Positions 57,085-61,100 of a DNA stretch of 61,100 bases are shown here, piece after piece. The number at the start of each line of letters is the position of its first letter. The first letter of the stretch is position 1. The stretch is taken from contig JAKPSJ010000136.1 in assembly GCA_029555345.1 (NCBI GenBank), positions 1 to 61,100 on the forward strand, in the 5' to 3' direction. Source of the DNA: Methanobacteriota archaeon (GTDB lineage Archaea > Halobacteriota > Methanomicrobia > Methanomicrobiales > Methanospirillaceae). Position numbers and translations under genes: made by a program. The notes under the pieces were generated by a model. The model worked only from the letters and a program-made list of their open reading frames with translations, had not been told where the DNA came from and searched no databases.

Positions 57085-57642
57085 TCACGTGTTCATCGCC
57101 CTGTCAATATCATGCAGCCACGAAGTTACCAGCCCCTGGGCATTTTTCACGTCGTTCCCACGAATGGCTATACCTTCCAGAATCGTGGATTTCGGGCATG
57201 TTTCCTGGAGGTCGGAAATGCTCTGCCCCAGCCCGCTTCCTTCGTGCGTGCAGAACGGTGCAATAATTTTGCCGGAGAGGTCGTGCCCTTCGAGAAAGGA
57301 AAAGACCGGCATCGGCTTGGTCCCCCACCAGCACGGATAACCGAGGAGAATCAGGTCATACGATCGTATGTCTTTCACGCTTCGGGCGAGTTCCGGCCGT
57401 GCCTTCGTGCGAAGTTCTTCCTTCGCAACCTCCGTGGTCGCGATATACTCATTAGGATACTTCTGGACCGGCTCTATACGGAACAGGTCGCCTCCCGTCT
57501 TTTCCTGGATCGTCTTTGCAACGACTTCAGTATTGCCGACGGTAAGATCGACGATCTGTCCTCCAACATAATTTTTGCCGGACCGTGAAAAATACACAAT
57601 GAGGCATTTCCTTGATTTTTCCTTTGAATTCTCCCTGTTCAT
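57085..57642 (-). CDS. Flavodoxin
   Basis: LIVYFSRSGKN FMN-phosphate loop and GYPCWWG. Confidence 0.85.
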   Translation of the reverse strand: MNRENSKEKSRKCLIVYFSRSGKNYVGGQIVDLTVGNTEVVAKTIQEKTGGDLFRIEPVQKYPNEYIATTEVAKEELRTKARPELARSVKDIRSYDLILLGYPCWWGTKPMPVFSFLEGHDLSGKIIAPFCTHEGSGLGQSISDLQETCPKSTILEGIAIRGNDVKNAQGLVTSWLHDIDRAMNT

Positions 57643-57689
57643 CGAGTATATCCCTTCCCTTGAAATTCAGCAGCCTCCTGCTGTTTTTA

Positions 57690-57730
57690 AGTACACATAA
57701 AAAATGTCTCCTATTTATAGTGTGTACACG
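57690..57730 (-). promoter_or_regulatory. TATA-like box bracketed by GTGTAC repeats upstream of the flavodoxin gene
   Basis: Minus strand reads cGTGTACACactataaataggagacattttttatGTGTACtt. tataaata is flanked by two copies of the GTAC-cored palindromic hexamer. Confidence 0.3.
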
Positions 57731-58182
57731 AGGCTATCCAACGAGGTCGTTTCACAAAATCGGCTAAGATCTGAAACTCGGAGAAACCTCACTGATCGCA
57801 GAGTAATCGTCAGTTTTTCGTGATGACTAATCTATCGGCCAGTAACCGTCCGAGCCCGCAGCGTGGGCGCCCCGTCGGGCGGCGATCTGCTGCTGTTCGG
57901 TTGGTATGCAGACGCTCGGTCATGTTCGCTTGTCCTCGCTGATGCTACGGCTCGCTTTACATCACCTCGCTGTTTCTCTTCGGTTGACTGTTGGTAGGAT
58001 GACGCCCCTGGCTTGTCGCGCTGCTCCGGCGCCAGCGGCTGCCCGGCCCCACTCCTCACATACCGCTTCGCGGAATGCTCATCGCTGTTAATCGGGATTT
58101 CGGAATTCCAGACCGGAACCGATATCATTAAACTCTTCCCTCCCAACCATGCAATTGTGGAGGCCGGTCGTCTGCCTCCGGT

Positions 58183-59121
58183 ATGAGGGAGCTGGGTATC
58201 ATTCTTATTGCCCTCGTTATGTTCTTCGCCGGCCTAATCCTTCTCGTGAAAGGGGCGGATTTTCTGATCGATGGAGCAGAAAGCCTCGCAGTCAGGGCAG
58301 GTGTTTCACCGACAACGATCGGCCTTACGGTCGTTGCATTCGGCACCTCGCTGCCCGAACTTCTGGTAACCACGGAGGCATACCGGCTGGGGGATTATGC
58401 AATCGGGACCGGAAATATCGTGGGAAGCAATATCGTTAATATTGGGCTCATCCTTGCCCTCGGATATATTATTATGCCAGCCTCTGGCAGTACCGCAGAA
58501 TCCCGTCACCACCTGATTATAAACAGCATCCTTATATTCGGGGCTGCCCTTGCGTTTGCGCTTCTCTCTCTGAGAGGATTTTTTGACAGACTCACGGGCA
58601 TCGTGTTTCTGGGTCTGTTCTCCGCGATGCTTTTCTGGATTTGGCGGTCCGGGGAAGGACCGGATCTGCTCTCCGAGACTCACGCCCGGCATCCCCTCGT
58701 CATGACCGGAGCCGGTCTTGTCATGGTTTTCCTTGGTGCCCACCTCCTACTGACCGGTGCCGTGGAGATAGCGGAGATCCTCGCTATCCCTCAAGCCGTC
58801 ATTGGGCTCTCGCTGGTGGCGGTGGGAACAGCCCTCCCGGAACTGGCTACGACCCTGGTTGCAATCGGAAAAAAGAGCACCGGCGTCGCAGTCGGGAACA
58901 TACTCGGGAGCAATATCCTCAATATCCTGTTCATCCTCGGGATCAATTCGCTGTTTTTCACGATCCCTGCAGCAGACCCTCGGGACACGCTTGTCATGCT
59001 CGGATTTACCCTTGCAATCTTCCCGCTCTTTATCAGGAACAATCGCGTGCGACAGGTTTGGGGATGCCTGCTGCTCGGTGCGTATCTCGTGTATATTCTG
59101 CTTCTGTACGAGATCGTGTGA
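58183..59121 (+). CDS. Sodium/calcium exchanger (CaCA family, YrbG-like)
   Basis: Two alpha-repeats (AFGTSLPELLVT and AVGTALPELATT), each followed by GNIVGSNI or GNILGSNI. Confidence 0.9.
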   Translation: MRELGIILIALVMFFAGLILLVKGADFLIDGAESLAVRAGVSPTTIGLTVVAFGTSLPELLVTTEAYRLGDYAIGTGNIVGSNIVNIGLILALGYIIMPASGSTAESRHHLIINSILIFGAALAFALLSLRGFFDRLTGIVFLGLFSAMLFWIWRSGEGPDLLSETHARHPLVMTGAGLVMVFLGAHLLLTGAVEIAEILAIPQAVIGLSLVAVGTALPELATTLVAIGKKSTGVAVGNILGSNILNILFILGINSLFFTIPAADPRDTLVMLGFTLAIFPLFIRNNRVRQVWGCLLLGAYLVYILLLYEIV

Positions 59122-59540
59122 ACGAGAACCGGATTTCCGTGCGATCTGCCATGTGTTATCCGAGAGAAAAGGTTTAAAGAGTTTCATCCTATCTGTTGTT
59201 GTCATCAAACGGGGCAGGAAAAAGATTGAGAAGGACGAAACCGACAGCAGGTATCCAGAGTCTGAAGAATCGGGCGCCAAAACGGGGGAGAGTGACGATT
59301 CCGGATCCTTTAAAGCAACCAGCGAGATGATCGGGGGGAATCCTAACGGTATCAACGCGATAAGGGCACTCCAGATAATCCCCGGGGGATCGCCGCTGTT
59401 CTCCTGATCTGGTATGTGCTCCATATCACCCTGCACATCTTCTGATACCGTTCTCGTTTTCCCGCCGGAGAATCGTGACGATATTCAACCGGCAAAAAAA
59501 CAATACTATCCAGTTTCTCACCGGCAAGGATACCTTTCAT

Positions 59541-59923
59541 ATGCCCTCACGACACAATGACCATTCACTGACTGCACGGATCGCCGGATATCTTAGATCC
59601 GACTTCGGTATCCTCCTTGTTACTGCACTGACCATCCTTGTCGTGTATGCCATCGACACAGTAACGCCTTTGGGCGAACCGGTCTGGCTTCTTTATTTTT
59701 CATCCCGCTTGTACTGTCGTTCTGGTCGAACAGGTATTACGCGATCCCTGCGGTCTTCATTGCGATCGTGCTCTTCCTTATTGCAGGATTTCTCGTCTCT
59801 CCGCAGGGAATACCCGTCAATATTGCGATCCTCAACTGGTTTACCTTCTTCATGCTCTTCTTTGTCCTCGCAATCCTTCTCTTGATTATCCGTGGGCGGC
59901 AGATCCGTGAAGAGAACCTGTAA
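59541..59923 (+). pseudogene. Small 4-TM membrane module (resembles the N-terminal membrane sensor region of methanogen PAS kinases), interrupted by a frameshift in a T5 run
   Basis: Frame 1 reads MPSRHNDHSLTARIAGYLRSDFGILLVTALTILVVYAIDTVTPLGEPVWLLYF. At 59696-59700 the coherent TM sequence moves to another frame: FIPLVLSFWSNRYYAIPAVFIAIVLFLIAGFLVSPQGIPVNIAILNWFTFFMLFFVLAILLLIIRGRQIREENL, stop at 59921-59923. Confidence 0.5.
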
Positions 59924-60475
59924 AAATCCCGGGATCTGGTTATTCCCTCCCTCGGGAAAGCAGCACCTCGGGGAGCCGGTCAGCCGGGTGTATGCCGGGT
60001 TGTCCTTCATGTCCTCCCAGAGCCACGCCATACGGTCGAGAAACCAGAGTTTGCCGGCATAGATGAGCGCCATGCCGAAAATTGTGGGCCACACATCGAA
60101 GACAAGGGCGCCCCAGAACACAAACAGCATCCCGATGCCGGATACTGCCGAGAGAATATTCGGAACGGTGCGGTGACGGGCCGGGACCGGAACGACATCG
60201 CGGTTCAGCCAGACCCGCTCACCGAGCACAGCCTTCGACGCCCAGTAGTCGAAGGATGCCGGTGCCGGGAATAACCGGGGGTTGTACCAGGTCCAGAGCA
60301 GGGCGACGGCGAGTGGGACGAGCGCGTACCATCCCAGCCATAGCCGGCTCCAGACCGCGACGATGAGAAGTGGTAGGACGGTGTTACGCAACAGCACGCT
60401 CCATGGGTTTGCATGGCGCAGCCAGGTCTCGTCATCCAGCGCAAAAACACCGGCTATCTTTCGTTCAAGGGTCAT
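59693..60475 (-). CDS. DUF6653-like membrane protein with an atypically long C-terminal extension
   Basis: ATG at 60475 (MTLERKIAGVFALDDETWLRHANPWSV...WTWYNPRLFP...WASKAVLGERVW...GKLWFLDRMAWLWEDM). About 95 further codons of charged low-complexity sequence run antisense to the gene at 59541-59923. Confidence 0.55.
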   Translation of the reverse strand: MTLERKIAGVFALDDETWLRHANPWSVLLRNTVLPLLIVAVWSRLWLGWYALVPLAVALLWTWYNPRLFPAPASFDYWASKAVLGERVWLNRDVVPVPARHRTVPNILSAVSGIGMLFVFWGALVFDVWPTIFGMALIYAGKLWFLDRMAWLWEDMKDNPAYTRLTGSPRCCFPEGGNNQIPGFLQVLFTDLPPTDNQEKDCEDKEEHEEGKPVEDRNIDGYSLRRDEKSCNKEEHDRNEDRRDRVIPVRPERQYKRDEK

Positions 60476-60562
60476 TTTATTGATCGTGTCCAAAGATCGG
60501 CTAAGAGTAATCCCTGACGGGATGATCTCACTGGCAGTACACCCAAGAGGAGATCACCCCAG

Positions 60563-61100
60563 ATGGATATCGTGCACGTAATTGAAGTAAAGGTATGCAT
60601 TCCTGAAGACGACCAGCCGAAACCAATCGAGAGTCTTGTGGCATCGGTGAAAAGACTCCAAATCGAAGCCGGGATACTTGAAAGTACACTCGCGGCAATC
60701 GATGAAAATCTCGTCGATTCCTATTGTGGCAGAAAGTATTCAAGACACACTCCCGAAGAACGCTATATTCGTGCAGGAACGTCGAAAAAGAGGATTATAA
60801 CCTCGGTTGGTTCCATTACCCTGAAGCTGAACAAGGTCCGGGACGTTCAGGAGAACCGGATATGGAAACCACTGACTGAAGTTGTACAGTTTGGGAAAAC
60901 AGATGTATCAGCCGGAGATCTCCATGATCAGCGTCGATTTCGTCCAGAAACTCAGTTATCGCGATACCACCGAAGAGTTAGGGCTCGTGGTTCCCGAGGT
61001 ACCTTCGCGGATGACCACAAATAACCGGATAAAGCAAATGAGCAGACTCCTGGATATCAATGAGACCGAGAACCCTGTGACAGTGGCAATGGCAGATGGA
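60563..61100 (+). mobile_element. IS transposase gene (DDE type, UPF0236/ISLre2- or ISH6-like; family uncertain), frameshifted and cut by the window end
   Basis: Frame 1 reads ...DSYCGRKYSRHTPEERYIRAGTSKKRIITSVGSITLKLNKVRD...RIWKPLTEVVQFGK. From about 60878/60903 the coherent sequence continues in the +1 frame: MYQPEISMISVDFVQKLSYRDTTEELGLVVPEVPSRMTTNNRIKQMSRLLDINETENPVTVAMADG, open at 61100. Confidence 0.65.

Noticed and set aside
57832-58146. 104-aa minus-strand ORF and the 61-aa plus-strand ORF (57906-58091) in the 57.6-58.2 kb gap
   Set aside because: Both are low-complexity, with no motif and third-position usage unlike either the native or the flanking accessory genes. The segment is treated as non-coding or decayed DNA in the findings instead.
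58747-59436. 229-aa minus-strand ORF whose first ~90 aa look like a two-TM mini-protein (MEHIPDQENSGDPPGIIWSALIALIPLGFPPIISLVAL...GYLLSVSSFSIFFLP)
   Set aside because: It has no stop until it has run 375 nt antisense through the 3' end of the well-supported CaCA exchanger gene, and no family was recognised. It could be a real small gene that lost its stop, but the evidence is insufficient to call it.
1-61100. CRISPR array, cas2/cas4/effector genes or casposon features accompanying cas1
   Set aside because: I scanned the intergenic regions on both strands. I saw no regularly spaced direct repeats, no family-B polymerase, and no terminal inverted repeats flanking 41177-42112. The flanking genes are ordinary metabolic genes of native composition.
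1-61100. tRNA, rRNA, SRP RNA or RNase P RNA genes
   Set aside because: No T-loop-like GGTTCGAATCC arms, no SRP GGAAGGGAGCA-type motif and no RNase P GAGGAAAGTCC motif were seen in the larger gaps (11212-11495, 13760-14004, 46552-47183, 48132-48583, 55230-55853, 57643-58182). This was a manual scan only, so small RNAs cannot be excluded.

Overview
High-GC archaeal chromosome segment. The gene content points to a hydrogenotrophic methanogen of the Methanomicrobiales (Methanoculleus-like; this assignment is inference): mch, methanogenesis marker 12, porCDAB, beta-RFAP synthase, archaeal cobS/cobZ/cobT, the L7Ae-S28e-L24e-Ndk and EF-1alpha-S10 clusters, Orc1/Cdc6, XerA and CetZ. Genes are densely packed and many neighbours share ATGA or GTGA start/stop overlaps. 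I found no rRNA, tRNA or CRISPR array. Most long ORFs in the track are GC-driven antisense or out-of-frame artefacts. Observations worth follow-up: (1) an orphan cas1 at 41177-42112 with no cas2, array, effector or casposon context, and an apparently degenerate active site; (2) a cell-envelope locus at 18.5-27.8 kb combining a FAD oxidoreductase, a GT2, a UPF0104 flippase-like protein and a TIGR03662 YYY protein in one overlapping operon, next to cetZ, a translationally coupled membrane-anchored coiled-coil protein and a TIGR03663 GT-C-like protein; (3) the YYY protein has about 70 upstream in-frame codons with no ATG, GTG or TTG start; (4) a chorismate-lyase-like domain fused to RFAP synthase; (5) a visibly lower-GC, decayed accessory tail at 55.2-61.1 kb with a cupin fragment, a homopolymer frameshift, an overlong antisense-overlapping ORF, a shared short repeat and a frameshifted transposase cut by the window end. 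All homology calls come from by-eye motif recognition, not database searches.
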